61,184 nt of DNA, filler included, from Dimargaris cristalligena (GCA_003614675.1; 4 parts of 4 records of this genome joined end to end with filler, not necessarily neighbours in it), one strand, 5' to 3'; positions 46,792 through 60,764 are shown, counted from the whole stretch's first letter. The notes: generated by a model not told the origin, from the letters alone. A program made the numbers and translations.

Positions 46792-47415
46792 GTATCCTCA
46801 AACCCCCCCCCCCGGCAATTTAATGAAATATATTTGGGAGTGATGACTATAAAATCGTGGGTGCCATATCCGAACTCAAACTTCGACTTGGGATCACTCT
46901 CGGGATTATGCTCCTCGATTTTTGCGATTAAAATTAAAAGGTTTAAACAATACCGTCTGCAAAACTAGAATGGCTAAATCTGGAGGTGTACACGCAGTCA
47001 CCAGCGAGGAGCTTGTCACCATCGATAGCCTCTACTTTCGAACTGGAGTGTCGTTTTGGTGGTTGATTTTCAATCACACATTTTCAAAGGTGAAGACGTA
47101 TTACTGGTTGGAGCCAATGGCAGCACCTGTCTCGCAATATTCATAATGATTTTGCGATTGGTCGTAGCTAATATAATCCATAAAACTTTAATATTCCCCA
47201 ATCCTGTAACTAGGCGGTGGTGCATATTAATCGTCAAAAACATCAACCATGGTCGGTTTAATTTGGCCGATTATCGGCTAAGTTGGTAGACGGACATCGA
47301 AGCCCGATCTTGGACCGTCCGGCGGCAGTCCTCCCCCTCCATACGGGATCTATTGGCGGTTGATAAACGAGGTATAGTCTCCCAATCAACCAAACTTGGG
47401 AAGTAAGCTAAGCCA

Positions 47416-50400
47416 TCAAAGATGGGCTCGGCGATGGGGAGCACCCCATTCTAGACCATCGGCTGCCTTGTCTAACTCGCCTAGAACGCTCTGAAGGTCA
47501 GGATGAGTTCGGATGAGTTCAGTGGCAAGCTGCGGGGTGGGCTGGTCAAGCAGGACCCCTTCCTGGGCCGTCGACGCAACTAGAACCCCTTGTTGATTAT
47601 AGAATCGGCCTTGGGTGAACGCACGGCCGTTGGTAGTCCGGGAACTCTCCATATCACAGAGTAGCCTAAGAAGTGTCCCATAGTGGTAAATCAAGTAGCA
47701 GCATAATATAGTAATACATATTAGAAAAATCTATGCAGATACATCAATGTTGAACGTCAACTTCCCCTTTCTACACCACACAAATTCCATGCCAAGCAAT
47801 GTGCCTCGATAATTAACTAGTCTTTCCAATAAATGACGCAGTGGCTGCCGTACTATATATAGTCAATGGTGTCGGTCCTACCATTCATCGGCCCGGAATG
47901 GCGCATGGAACCAGAGGGCGTGATCCAAGGAAGTAATCATTGCGATACTGCGGGGATAAGAAAAATGGGTCAGCCCATGTGGGAGTCCACCGGTCCATAG
48001 TAAATGGTGGTCGCTAATGAATGCCAAGGTACACTGACGAGTACAGAGGGGAGTGAATAATACCGGCAATAATGAAAGCTTATAGTTGTACATTAGTAGT
48101 TCGTAGATTCCAGCCAGGCTGAAGTAGAATGTTTGCCAATATTAACCGACTATACTGTAAATAGTCTGGGTGTTTCAACCTACCTGGTGGCTGGCCAGGT
48201 CATCCCCTAGCCTGTCCTTGGACCTAAACCACGTTTGCTATTAAATTAAGCGAATGCATAGATGAACAATATGGATAATTTTAGTTGCTACGATGAATGT
48301 GTTGTGCCGAGAATGCTAGCCCCCAATCGATGCAGGTTAAGGGAGGCCTATTACGGATGAGGAGCCCGGTTGTCGTCAGCCTATAATATGTATGTGGATC
48401 TACCTGATGGGGCTCCCGTTGCGCTGGATAGAGATACTCTTTATATGTAGGCTGTGCAACTGGGCGAACGTCAATGGGGAAGGGCTATTAACGGTGGAAT
48501 CATCACCACACCAATCGTAAAATGTCAATAATATAATATATAGTAGGGTGTTTAGATTTGGCTAGCATTGGTTTATACAACAAACTCGCTAGTTGCAGAA
48601 ACAATGCGTATAGCAGCGATATTTGCCTTTTACTTGCGTGGCAATAGTATAGTAAGAATTGACTATCTACATAGTCTGCTGATTAGTACCTTGGGATTAC
48701 GCATGGTGAAATACTCAGAAAGGGTAGGCGAGATTCCCTCGGCTTGGCTCCATTCGTAATTCAGGTCTTCCTCGCTATTTCACAAGTATTTTTATATTAC
48801 AAAACATAAATGGGTATTAGCCATCTGGGGGTTGCATATTAACAGTCCAGTACAGTGTATTTCATCTGAGACCAATCTAAGTATGACCCCAGTCCCTGCT
48901 CTATTGCGCGAGGAAGTAACACCTCTGGTGTTTCGTGAGTAGCTGATAACCTACGATTTGAGTGTCTCGGGGTTGGGGGCATCGGGCATTAAGTACTACC
49001 CATTCATAGGGGACACAATTGAGTTTATGTAGTGAGGTTAGCTACAGGGGCTAGGTTGGATTTGTTGATTATGCCAATCCACGGAGAGAGGCAGTTGCCA
49101 ACTTCCGTTTCGGCGAATATCCAATACCGGGAGTGATGGGGGGGGAGAGATGGTAAGCAAACAAATATGGCTTTAGCGGTTATTATGAACCTGGCGCTTT
49201 AGCCATGATCGATGCCGGGCTTACCTGATGGTCGAGGGAGGGGTCTAAACGATCGATTTGAAAGCTAAATGTGATGGTCACAATAATCGTCCCCTTCTGC
49301 TTCCCCTGCACCGTTCGGGTACAAAATGTTTTGCCTGGATTTGGGATTTTAAGAGCGCCAATTGTTAAAGAGATGAATAGGTTAGTGCTAGATTCTTTGC
49401 AAAGGATGTATATACCAAAGCTCTATTTTAATTGGGAATATGAGTGAGACCAACACTAGAAATATAATCAGAACCGCGGTTTCGGAGCGATGAATTTTAC
49501 CGGGCTGGTGATACCATTACAGGTAAAATAATATGACACTTACCGTCCCGAACTCTCTCGACATGATAAATAATCGGGTACGAGTCGTTCCCGCCTAGTA
49601 AAAAGTAACAATGTAGAGACTGGGTATTACGTAGAGATCGATATTTCAGAGCAGGGTTAGTAGGTTAGCCAAAACAAGTGTAACGAAAATCACCGGAATA
49701 TTTGCTACACCAGCCAAGGTTCACAGGTCGTAACCCACTATAGTCGATTGGGCACTCAGTCCCTGAAGGTTTGTATGAAAGTGTGTGAAACTAAACCAGG
49801 TAACTTACATGAAGAATGTATTTTTCGGGGGCCGTCCGAACAGCGGCAGCTAAGGATTGGGCCAAAATATGCCCACCTAAAATAAAGCAAACGCAAATAG
49901 CCATAATCGCCGGTCCATATGCAATATATTTAGTGCGGGGAGTCCTTAATGTTATAGTGTATGCCGTATTAAGACTATACCTATAGTGTACTTGGAATGG
50001 CTGAAGAGACTCGACTAAAACTGCGAACAATTATTTACTATTTATGCACTTACCGAATACTCCACGGGACCCAGTAGGTGTCCACAGATTATCACCGCGG
50101 TAGAGGTCTTTGTCGATTTCTAGGGCAGCCAACCAATGGTACATAATCGAATCAATGATAGCGTAAATTAGACCGAGTATGAACCGAGTCCAAAACCAGT
50201 AAGGTTGGAAATATGGTGCATATTTCCAATATCAAGGACGTGTCCCCAGTACACCCAGTTGGGACCAATGTAAGATCTGAAAGCTCACTCTCCATGACAG
50301 AGGTGATCGACGTGAAATGATTATTATTCATAATGGTGCAGCTGCCGGCCACAGTGAAGTAAGGGCTACCATAAGAAGCAACTGCCGGGCAATGGCGAAG

Positions 50401-50537
50401 TTGGCAGGGTTCACTCAACTGCGTATAGTTTATGGATACCATTGTCAATCCCGCATAGCAATTTTTGGGACAAACTTACCTTCCAGGTCGAAGTAGCCAC
50501 TAAGTGGTGGATGAGTGGTATTCGGGGCGTTGTCCAT
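47416..50537 (-). CDS. TES1: Acyl-CoA thioesterase II (TesB/ACOT8/Tes1 type), 11 exons, 346 aa, C-terminal PTS1-like AHL
   Basis: Exons 50537-50480, 50119-50054, 49876-49809, 49619-49544, 49334-49225, 48995-48955, 48774-48690, 48484-48404, 48237-48184, 48033-47882 and 47665-47416 join in phase with GT-AG introns. Translation includes RGVFGGHILAQSL, HSLHCYFL, VERVRDGKTFCTR, LAFISDH, SLDHALWFH and VASTAQEG. Confidence 0.9.
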
Positions 50538-52307
50538 GATAGCTATTTGTAGTAAGAAAGATATGCTACTATATAATAGTTGGAATTTAAGCCAAAGACG
50601 GGGATGATGTTGGTAGAATTAAGTACTTTCTGAAAGGATGAGTCACAATTAGCACACAAAATGAAAGAAGAAACCGAAATAGATTAGTGAATTAAATCTG
50701 TATTAGAAAAGAAACGTGCATTAACTACCTCCTCGCTGACTCCCTGCGGTAAGGGTCGTTTATTTATACCTCGCCAATATCATATGCAAGATTCAGTGGT
50801 GCATTTCTCCCTTGGAGCAATTAATCATGATGGCAAACCAATCCCTGCAACTCTCGTTGACTCGGCGGTCGGGAACGTTGTAGTCACACTCGCCCGCTAT
50901 CATTTGCTGACATTCCCACCATGCAATCATCCTTCGGCGCTTTCTGGATCATGGGGATCATCCAATAGCCACCGAGAATATTCACAAGCTATATATGGCC
51001 AGGGGGTAAATATAGCAGCATCCAATGGAACGTATAGTAAAGGGTGACACATACTGGGCGGTGTGTTCCATATTACATTGGTGGCCGTGGTTGGGCAGCT
51101 TAATTGAAGTCGCGCATGTGATGGAAACTAGGAGGAGGGCTTGAGTCGAGGCTGCTCCAAGACCCACCGGTATGGCTGGAGGGTTACACCAAAATTACCC
51201 TCTTTTATCAAGAATGTCTTACTAGGCGAAAATAACGTATAAGTGATTAGAGCGGTACTATGCGGTAAAGGCTTTAATATCTTATAATTGTTTAGACTTC
51301 CGAATCAGCACCTGGTGTGCAACAAGCTAGACAGGTAAATGGGGGTATGTCTAGTGAAGACGGTTTAATTTCGCGTGGTTGGACTTAAACATGATAAACT
51401 ATCAGTCAACTGGCATTTTTTCTGAGAAGACGGCACTACATAAATTAGGGCACCCCTAATCAACACCTATCCCCCCTTCAGTTTTACTTGATCCCGGATA
51501 CTTTAGACCGTCCGCTTGTCCATGGAGATTAATAAGTAAATTGACTAAATAGCAAAACGCCTACGGCATCTATTTACGATAGTAGGGGGGCCCCATACGC
51601 AATTAGAACCATTTTGGGTTTATTAGGGTGATGAATATTTCTAAATGAATACCGCCTACAAAAGCTCTGTGGTATAAATAATCAACTAATTAAACCAGGG
51701 TCATATTCCAAGGGACTGGATAGAGGGTAGGAAAGTCCAGAGCGCCGGTAGAGAGGACAGAGGTGGAGGTGAAGGGGCATTAAAAAAATGACTATAAAAA
51801 TAGAATATTGAAAAAAAAACGAAGGAATGTAAATGAACTATGGTACAGTGAAGGCAAAAAGAAGCGTGGGCAATCTCGCAATCCCAAGTAGAATCGGACA
51901 CAGATGTAGCGTTTACTGTATCCCTTGACGCGACTAAAGGCTTTCAGCAGGTCCATCAAGTCAAGGATGTGATCAAAACATTGGCCGAAGAAAAAAACGG
52001 AAATTAAATAACGAGGAGGGGGGTTTAGGACTGACACCTACTCCACCTTGAACCATTTCACCGGCCAGAATACACTGGGGGAAGTCCAGTATATGGGAGG
52101 GTAAATACGGGCCATCGAATAAGGTTACCCTATCCCGCAATATACTCTACGGGGGCGGCCAAGATACCCGGAAAATAGTTCAGGCGGAGGGATGTAGTGC
52201 GACAATCCAAATTAAAGGTAAAACTGGGGGGGGGGGCAATGGAGGAGAGTGGGAACAGTAAGGGAAGGCGACGGGCTAGGTCGGGGCGGGTTGAGCGCAG
52301 ACATAGC

Positions 52308-54113
52308 CTAGGCAGCAGGGGCGGCGATCAGGTCCTTACGAAGGGGAATGTGCTTGATAAACAGACTCACTATACAGGCCACGCCAGCCACGGGCGCCAA
52401 GACGATGAAGATTTGCCGGATGGCAGCAACGTAAGCGGCTTGGACATCCGCCAAGGTGTCGGCCGGGATGTTGGTTGTCGTTAATAGCGACGGGTTCGTG
52501 GTCACTTCGTGCACATTGATACCTGGGATTTCGCTCAGAAGTAAGGCAAGGTTGTTGTTGAGAATCGCCGACATGGCCGCAATGCCGATACCCGAACCGA
52601 TGGTTTGGCAGAAACTGAAGCAGGACGTAGCCATGGCGACATCCTCTTCGGGAACGCCCGACTGGGCCACCAGCATTAGGGTCTGGATGCACATACCACA
52701 GCCCACGCCCATAATCACCAGGAACCCGATTTCGGTGGCCTGCTTCATATCCGCTTTGATGAGGGTCAGGAGGCCCAGACCAATCGTGGCCACGGCAAAA
52801 CCGATGCTAATGATGGGACGGTACACTCCGGTCTTGGCGGTGACGATCCCGCTGATAAGGGCGGCGAACACCATGGCCAATAGGAGGGGTAGTAGTTTGA
52901 GACCAGCGGTGGTGGCGGAGTCACCCCGGACAATATGGTAGAAGACGGGCAGGTAGAACACGGAGCCGAGGATAATCATACCCACCAGCAAAATACACGC
53001 GTTAGCCAGGGCGAAGTTGCGGTGCTTGAACAGGTGGAGGGGAATGATGGGCTCGACGGCCATGCGCAGTTCAACGAATACGAAGGATACCATGAAGAAC
53101 ACGGCCAAGCAAAAGAAGGAAATGATGACAGGGCTATTCCAGGGGTAGTTGTTGCCGCCCCACACGATGGCCAGCAAAAGGAAGACAATGGCGGCGAGCA
53201 AGGAAGAAGCCCCCAGGAAGTCGACGCGGGCCAACTTCCTACGGAAATGACCGCCCTCGTGCGGAATACGGAGGAAGAGCAGAATCAGAATGAGCGTGAC
53301 CCCGCCCACCGGCAGGTTGAAGTAGAAAGTCCACCGCCACGTCACATAATCGGTGAACACGCCCCCGAGAATGGGGCCGAGCACACTGGCCAGGGCAAAC
53401 ACGCCGCCGAAGACCCCGAGGAACAGGGCCCGGCGATGCAGGGGAATGATGTCGGCCACCACAATCATGGGCAGGGAAATCAGACCAGCTCCGCCGATGC
53501 CAGCGATGGCGCGGCCGGCAATGAGCACGGACATGGTGGGCGCGGCGCCGCAAATGGCACAGCCGATCATGAAGACGATGAGGGAAACCACGATGACGGG
53601 TACCCGGCCGAAAATGTCGGACAGCTTGCCGTAGAGCGGTTGGAGCGGGGCAAAAGTCAACAAGTAGGCCAGGGCAATCCAGCTGACCTGGGAGAAATCG
53701 TTCAGGCCGATCCCGATATCGGGTAGGGCGGTGGCCACGATAGTGATGTCGATGTACGCCAGAAACAGTGATAGACACAGACCGACCATGATGACCAGGA
53801 GCTGCGTCCCCTTGATGCGGGCCTTTTCGCCCTCGAGCGGACTGGTGCCTCCACCGTCGGCAGCGGTGGTGGTGGCGGCAGATTCAAGGTCGACGGCCTT
53901 TTCGGGGTCGCCAATGGCCGTATCATTGGAAGACGCGCGGCGAATAGTATCCTGGGATTGCGTCCGCTGGGGGACTTCGACATAGTTGCCGAGAGCGGGG
54001 GCTTCGGCGGTGGAACGGACAACCAGGGTTCCGGGGTCGGCGCTCTCGCCGACGGATTCGGGCGACGGGAACGACGAAACCACGGTGGCGTAGCTGTCGT
54101 GGTTATTGGACAT
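52308..54113 (-). CDS. MFS drug:H+ antiporter, DHA2 (14-TM) family
   Basis: LAYIDITIVATALP, YGKLSDIFGR (motif A), GRAIAGIGGAG, SVLGPILGG, WRWTFYFNLPVGG. The likely start is MSNNHD at 54113; the longer upstream extension in the ORF track looks like a pyrimidine-rich UTR. Confidence 0.9.
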   Translation of the reverse strand: MSNNHDSYATVVSSFPSPESVGESADPGTLVVRSTAEAPALGNYVEVPQRTQSQDTIRRASSNDTAIGDPEKAVDLESAATTTAADGGGTSPLEGEKARIKGTQLLVIMVGLCLSLFLAYIDITIVATALPDIGIGLNDFSQVSWIALAYLLTFAPLQPLYGKLSDIFGRVPVIVVSLIVFMIGCAICGAAPTMSVLIAGRAIAGIGGAGLISLPMIVVADIIPLHRRALFLGVFGGVFALASVLGPILGGVFTDYVTWRWTFYFNLPVGGVTLILILLFLRIPHEGGHFRRKLARVDFLGASSLLAAIVFLLLAIVWGGNNYPWNSPVIISFFCLAVFFMVSFVFVELRMAVEPIIPLHLFKHRNFALANACILLVGMIILGSVFYLPVFYHIVRGDSATTAGLKLLPLLLAMVFAALISGIVTAKTGVYRPIISIGFAVATIGLGLLTLIKADMKQATEIGFLVIMGVGCGMCIQTLMLVAQSGVPEEDVAMATSCFSFCQTIGSGIGIAAMSAILNNNLALLLSEIPGINVHEVTTNPSLLTTTNIPADTLADVQAAYVAAIRQIFIVLAPVAGVACIVSLFIKHIPLRKDLIAAPAA

Positions 54114-56961
54114 GTTTAAAAGGGGTGGAAACGGGAAGGAGAGAGGGGGGCAGGCCCGAATGCCGGACACGGTCACGGATGGTGGTAACACAAGAGGAAA
54201 AGGTGGACCGGGGGAATGGAGTAGGGGTAGTACAGAAGGGGTGAAAGGCAGTAAACCAGGGAAGCGGAATAAAAGGGTCTGGCGAGAAGGGGAAGCGTGG
54301 AAATGCGACTGAAGCCAACTGGCTGGAAGAGAGTAAGCGGAAGTGAGACCGAGAGGGCGTACCGGTGTCTGGTATTGGGATGGAGACGAAGGTTCCACCG
54401 GGGCTAAGGCAGGGTGGACTGAGGTGCGAAGCCGGATATCAACTATGCAGCGGAATTACTAGGAGGGGAAAATAGCTCGACCTGGGCTGCTATATATAAC
54501 TATCTGAGGCTAAATAGGCGAATGTGCATGTCCCGCAGCAGGCGCTGATTAATCTGGATATGGGTAAAAAATACCACCAGCCTGGTCGGAGAAATCGGTG
54601 GTGGGAACGGGCGTTTGGGCCAAGCCGCAGGGAGGGCAAGGGTGCAGGCGGTGTCTTTTTCTCTTAAAAGGAAAGCCCCTTTCGTAAAGACGGGGGGGCA
54701 GCAGGGGAGGGGCAACGTCAGCTCACCAAGCGGGCTGGGCAACGGTGACGATGTCAACAACAATAATCGAAAGAATATACTATAAGGTATTTGAGTCAGG
54801 ACAGCGAGATACCGCAAGATCGTTAGGCGTTAAACAGGGGGTACGGGTCATTAAAAAAGGCGTGGCGGTGTGGCAACGCCTAGAAAATAGTGTGAAGTCA
54901 TTAACAACAATGGGGCCAAGCAATAATAATAAAAATAGATGACACGGTGATGTCAAGTGCGAAACAGCCGGGCCTCGCTACCCCCGAGATGCGGAGGAGT
55001 ACTTATATAAACCACCCGAAGGATCTCCCTCTCTTCTTCATTCGCCCAAGGGGGAAAAGATTGGGAGAGAGAGAGGAGGAGAAATTCACCATGACACTCC
55101 GCTCTCTCGTTGCTGAATGGTCCGATTTTTCAGCTTCATTTAAGGCCCTCTCCAGCCCTCCAACAACAGCACACTCACATTTTTATACACACGCGCGCGA
55201 CCGCCCTCAGTGGATTGGAGGACATTTGTAGGCCGTCTCAGGGGATCGCCAGACTTTGGAACCGCTCTTTATTAGACTGTATATACTCCCCCCCAACTTC
55301 ATTCACCAACAGTGTGCTCGGCTATTGGCTGTTCGGTTCGAGCATGGATCCATTTTCCATCTATTCACTTGGCCATATCGGCTACATTACACTATCCCCA
55401 TTTTGCCAGCTTAATAATACATCTCCAGAAAATACACCCCTTCGGAACCACGCCACCACCCGCCCAGCTGGGCTAGAGCTCGATTTTACTCAACGACGAC
55501 AGGCTAAAAAAATAAGATTTCCTAAATGCCAGCGTCCAGAAACTATATCCCTTTGAATTATCCTGGCAAAATGACACGACACGACAATGGTATTCCGCCG
55601 ACTTATCCGTAGGGGACCTCGACGAGTAATATCCATTACACTTCTTGACGAACCACGCATCTTCTTGACCCCCACAGATCTCCCTCTTTCTTTACCAGTG
55701 ATCGACCCAAACCGGGAACATTATTCGCTAGTGGTCTGTCTCGTCTAATTCGACCCTGGGCCAGGTTAGCGACCAATCCCTCCGCGACTGCCTCCTACAA
55801 TTCACGAAAAGTGACAATCGCTTAGAAACTGGTATCGAATGGCGTATAGGTTGCCTTCTGCCACGCTCTTCTATTCCTGCGGCATCAATTCGTTACTTTA
55901 TTTCGCGCATACCTCTCCTGTCTATTTTCCGGTGAGTGGAAGCTAACATGGCCCAGATAGCGGTGACCTACTGTTATTCGTTGATCCATGTCGGCCGAAT
56001 CTCTCATTACATTACCCCCCTCCTGACCTCCTTACAACCCGGCTAATCCAGTCGCAGGCCGCCAGCAGCTACCTTCTCCCCTCCCCTCATCCTAGATTCC
56101 TCCCGGCAACTGAAGCCTACAAGGTTCGTTGGCCTAAGCTAAACAGTGGCTGCCTTTCAATCCCCAACAGTCCCACCGCTTGGTTTATTATTCTTATTAC
56201 AACACCCCTAATATATCTTTTAATAGCCAACCCCTCACAAGGTACTTCATTCACTCACCCACTACTTAGGGCCAATAAATTTTACACAGTCCATGCCTCC
56301 CAGTCAATTCATTGCTTTATTTTCATAACGGAAGGGCAATTATAAAGAGAGACTGTGGATATGGAGAGCGGCAAGGATACATCATGCCACTAATCTATAC
56401 TTACAGCCTCTTTACATTAATTTCCCTTGGATCCGACAAGCAGCGGCCTACTGCGGCCACAAGTTCCCTACATTGACAGCCATTATACTCCGGCTGCTTG
56501 TTTGACTATTGCGGCTGTATCACGCGATATGTTAAGGGGGTCCTAACTGCTTTGCAGGGCATGGTTTGGCAATGACGGAATAGGCCATCGGTCCGGGGCG
56601 GTTTCAAAAATCCCCAGATCCCCCCCTTAATATAGGGGGGGGGAATACATGTATGGCCCATACGGATTCACATACGATCATTCTGACCATTCCTTAATCG
56701 CTCAGCTGGCTGGTATTCATACACGCATTAATTCCCGCGGGGGTTCCCACGAATAGGTAAGTTTCGCCATATTCGCTTGGCTACAGGGCACAAAGGCGCC
56801 TTTTGGATGTTTGCGTCCCCCACATCTTCACAGATTAGTTATGATACTTTATTATTACCAATATACGCAGCTTCATTTTATCTACACCCTAATACTAGTC
56901 AGGCCATAGCGGCCATTTTAATGCCCAATTCCCCCCCTACCTATCGTTTTTCATTTATTGC

Positions 56962-57104
56962 ATATGGGTGAAATTTGGCCCAGCTGCATAAGGTTTTAGC
57001 AGATACGTATATGGGGAAATGGATAGGAAATTCATTATTAACCAATTGCATTTGCCTCACCCAACGGATCTTATGTTTCCAGCCCAGTTGAATCTCTCCC
57101 ATAT
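56962..57104. mobile_element. MITE-like element, copy D (143 bp)
   Basis: ATATGGGTGAAATTTGGCCCAGCTGCATAA ... CAGTTGAATCTCTCCCATAT; internal ATTTGCCTCACCCAACGGAT shared with the other copies. Confidence 0.75.
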
Positions 57105-58931
57105 CGTAAAGATCTTGCTACAATCCCGAAACCCCCTTTGAGATGATTTCGGTTAACAGCATATCCAGACAGGCCATAAGATCCCCCTTGCGTGTGCCAC
57201 CTCCGACAATTTTCTCCTTCCCATCCCTAGCTACGTCGCCCTTCCAAAAGTCGCCTTGTAGATATGGCCGAGGTGGGGGGTGTGGGGTATATTATTTAGC
57301 GCAACCGGACACACTCTTGGGGATAACGGGTCAGTATGGTGGTCCTCGGAAAGGGTTGGCCTCGGCGTTTTTAATAACCCAATATTTTTTGTTGTCGGGG
57401 ACGGCAGTTTCTAAATAGAGGCGACGGTATTAGGTGTTTGCTAAGGGGTGGGGAGTCGCAGGTTCTCGTCCCCCAAGTATACCCCTTTTATCTACTTCCT
57501 GGGCGGAGTACTTATCGCGTTCCAGTCATTAATCGGGACCACCAACCGCCCAAAAGACGATTCAAGGCAGTATTATCCAGGAATAGCCATATAGGTCCAA
57601 ATATTAGGTCGAATTTGGACCTCCATCTAAAGAATATTAGACTGACACTATTAGTCGGGAAACTATATTGCTAGTAGACTTGACTCGCCTGCATTGAAAT
57701 GCGGGGTAGGTCTACCATAAAAGTAATGTAGGCGTCCTGCGTGGGAGTAGCGGCTTAATTTTGGAAGTGGGTTGTGTGAAAAAGTATAGGCATGTCAATG
57801 GGAGGCCGCCTGACCCGTGTAGCTTTAGGGGTGGGCTTAGAACCACCAGGGTAAAGTTATATGAGGTCCCCAGAGCCCTGAAATGGTTGTCATTTGTTTA
57901 TGTTTTCTATGTAAAGACAATGTATAGACTCCATAAAAGCGGCCGTTTCGAACATTCCAAATGGGTGTTTCCCCCCGTTTCAACTGTACCATCTGTCCCG
58001 TTTCGCGACGTTTTATTCGCCGATTAGAGTTCGCGGGTGATACCTGTGTGCCCATCTATCGAATACTGCGATTCGATCTAAAAGAGGCGGAGGCGGTGCT
58101 TCAGCTTGATGTAATTCGAGTGACGCCCCTAGACTCAAAGGGATGATGCGTACCAGTTAGGTATCAGCATTCCACGAATTGTACAGCGGTTGAATACTGG
58201 GCCTCGCGTGCCCCACCACCTGGCCCATTATTAACCGACTGACTGTAAACTTACCCTCCCCCTTGTCGGTTAGCTGTGCCTTAGGGGCCGTTTATAGTAT
58301 TGAATAAATGAAGCGTGGCAGTACTGAAGTATCAAAAGGTCCAGACTCTCCTCAATTGTCAACTACGGCGGACATACAAAGTGTGGATAGCTTTACAGGG
58401 CTATGTATACCTCGACTGCCCACTTTCCCCTTGTCGGCGCACCTTTTTTTTTTTTTTTTGGAAGCGTTAGTGGTATAGCCCCGGCCAAAATGGCGGACAC
58501 AGATAAGTCCAGCCATTTAGGTAAGCGAGACTGTATCAGAATAATCGAACAGTGGTACATCGACTATATCGGAATTCTAGCTTACGAGCCCTCAAATCAG
58601 CGAGCGGGAGGTTCGTCGTCGATGGAAGCCTTTTCTTTGGTGGAATACTATATTTATCGTATCGGGAGTCATTAGGGGGAAGGGGACGGAGGGTGCCTCT
58701 AATAATTTTAATGTTGGCTCATCCTCCTCTCCAAATTTTCGATTATATATACGCTGGGGCCGCCACCCCAATGGCGTTGACAATATCCAACCTTTTTCTA
58801 TTTATTTTTTTCGTTTTCACCGCTCGACGCAGACATTTTTACAGCATATTCTACTATATATTTTATATTAATCCGATTGAAGTGACTCTTGTTACGCTTT
58901 ACAATACCCAAATTCGCCTAAGCTTTTCAAG

Positions 58932-60182
58932 ATGCGCTGCAAAATTGTTTCGCTGGCGGTGGTTATACTGTTCACTGGTGTATCGGTTGCTGTGGATCCA
59001 AGTTACAAAAACCGAGCACCACAAAGCGACCCTAGCCGTCGAAACTCTCTACGAAGTCTTATTAGTAGTGGGTTTTCAATACCCGCCATGCATATTTCAC
59101 GCGCTCCCTCAGTAAGTACAACCCAGTCCCGTTTAATATATATAACGATATGGATAGTCGTTTGCCTATCACGAAAGACCCACAATCTCACCATTACTTG
59201 GTTGACTAATGGTAATACTCGGCAACGATTACTGATGCACAAATGATCTGCAATCCCTTATCATCTTGCTACCCTCCCAAAAAATACACTCTTCACTCCT
59301 ATTTTGCAGATAATTAAGAACAAGATGCAACCCACCAAGGATAAAGGCGCCATCAGTTTCTTCGATATCATATCCAACATCGCCGTATCAAGTTTGGTTC
59401 GTATTATCCGAGACAGGCTTAAAATGCGCGAGTCTGCGGAGTGGATTTTGGCTCCTAAGTCTGCCGGTATCCTCCCCGGTACCTTCAAGAGTCGCGATGA
59501 AGCCTTGCAGTATATGAACACTTTTTATGAAGACTCTAGTGTTCTGGAATACTACAAACTTGGTCCCGAGTTTATGGCTTTTGTAATCCCTGTTCTGGGC
59601 TATGTGAACGAAAGGCAGCCCATTGATCTGGCCCAGCTGGTTACTAGTATGTGGCCTGACTATACCCTCACCTACGATAGCTACAGCAAACTCATGGTTG
59701 GCCGCCAAACGCTCAGTATTATCCCGCCACGTCTGCGCATCCTGTTTCACCAGATTAACGGACCGGGGGAGAAATCCCGTATCCTGACCCTAGAACAAGC
59801 TACCCGGAATAATGTCATCAACCTGATTATGGCTACCTTTGCGGCAAATGAAGACTTCATCGGCTTAGATACTTTTGTCTCCAAGCTGCATGATGGCTAT
59901 AATGGACAGCTGTATTATAACCTATATTCTTTTGCCAATACAGCAATTGCCTTAACCCTTCACGTCGACCCCACCAAACTCAGTGACTTGCACGAATTAA
60001 GCCAAAACCGAGATATGGAATATTTGTTCAAGACTGCCCACCGGGACCCAACCAAGTTCCTGGAACAAAACTCAGAAAACATAATGAACAGCTATATGCA
60101 ATTTAAAGGCGCCGAAAAGTTTGATATATTTATGTTTACCTCCCATCTTTCTCCCGAATTAAGGGAGATGATCTTAGGATAG
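58932..60182 (+). CDS. Hypothetical secreted protein (~350 aa); exons 58932-59111 and 59310-60182
   Basis: Signal-peptide-like MRCKIVSLAVVILFTGVSVA; a phase-0 GTAAGT...TTTTGCAG intron joins it to an open 290-codon exon; no recognisable domain. Confidence 0.7.
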
Positions 60183-60621
60183 CTACAATATATCATGATG
60201 ATGCTATTCCCAGGTGGATAATTAAAACTATTTACAATAAAAACTAGTATGAAAGTTTGGAAAAGAAAATGCCTGGAGTCATTTGCGATGCCATTCACTA
60301 GCTCTTACAGACAACGGGGAGGTGGCCCTGCTCGTGGTATTAATCTACTAAAAATGCATTTCACCTGGGCTGCTCTATTAGTCATTTTTAGAGCTTGGGC
60401 CTGTCTGGGTATACTAGGGGCGCCTATTTATTAAAAAAAATTAGGTATTCAGTTGTAAATTATCATCCAAAGAATCCGACCCTATGCATAGACAACATAT
60501 AAATTCAAGTTGCTATAGTTGACCCAATCCTTTGTTTCACCTTATTGACTTGGTTATAGATCCTTTGGTCAACAATTAAAGCCCCACTCACTCCTCACCT
60601 TTCAATATAGACCCTGAAACC

Positions 60622-60764
60622 ATATGAATGAATTTTGGGCCAGCTGTATAAAGGTTTAATTGATGTGTTCTGGTTAGCAGGCGGTAGATTCATTTTCAGT
60701 CAGGTATATTTGCCTTGTCTAACGGATTTTTTGTTACACAGCCCAAGATGACCTTCCCCCATAT
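60622..60764. mobile_element. MITE-like element, copy E (143 bp, more diverged)
   Basis: ATATGAATGAATTTTGGGCCAGCTGTATAA ... TTACACAGCCCAAGATGACCTTCCCCCATAT; internal ATATTTGCC...AACGGATTTT shared. Confidence 0.68.

Noticed and set aside
54114..54398. 95-aa N-terminal extension of the MFS transporter
   Set aside because: Pyrimidine-rich sequence giving a P/L/F/S peptide typical of a 5' UTR; AAACATG at 54113 is the better start. Not fully excluded.
56619..56643. C7-TTAATATA-G8 hairpin resembling a terminator
   Set aside because: Pairing of two homopolymer runs in a eukaryotic genome where G/C runs are frequent; no supporting context.
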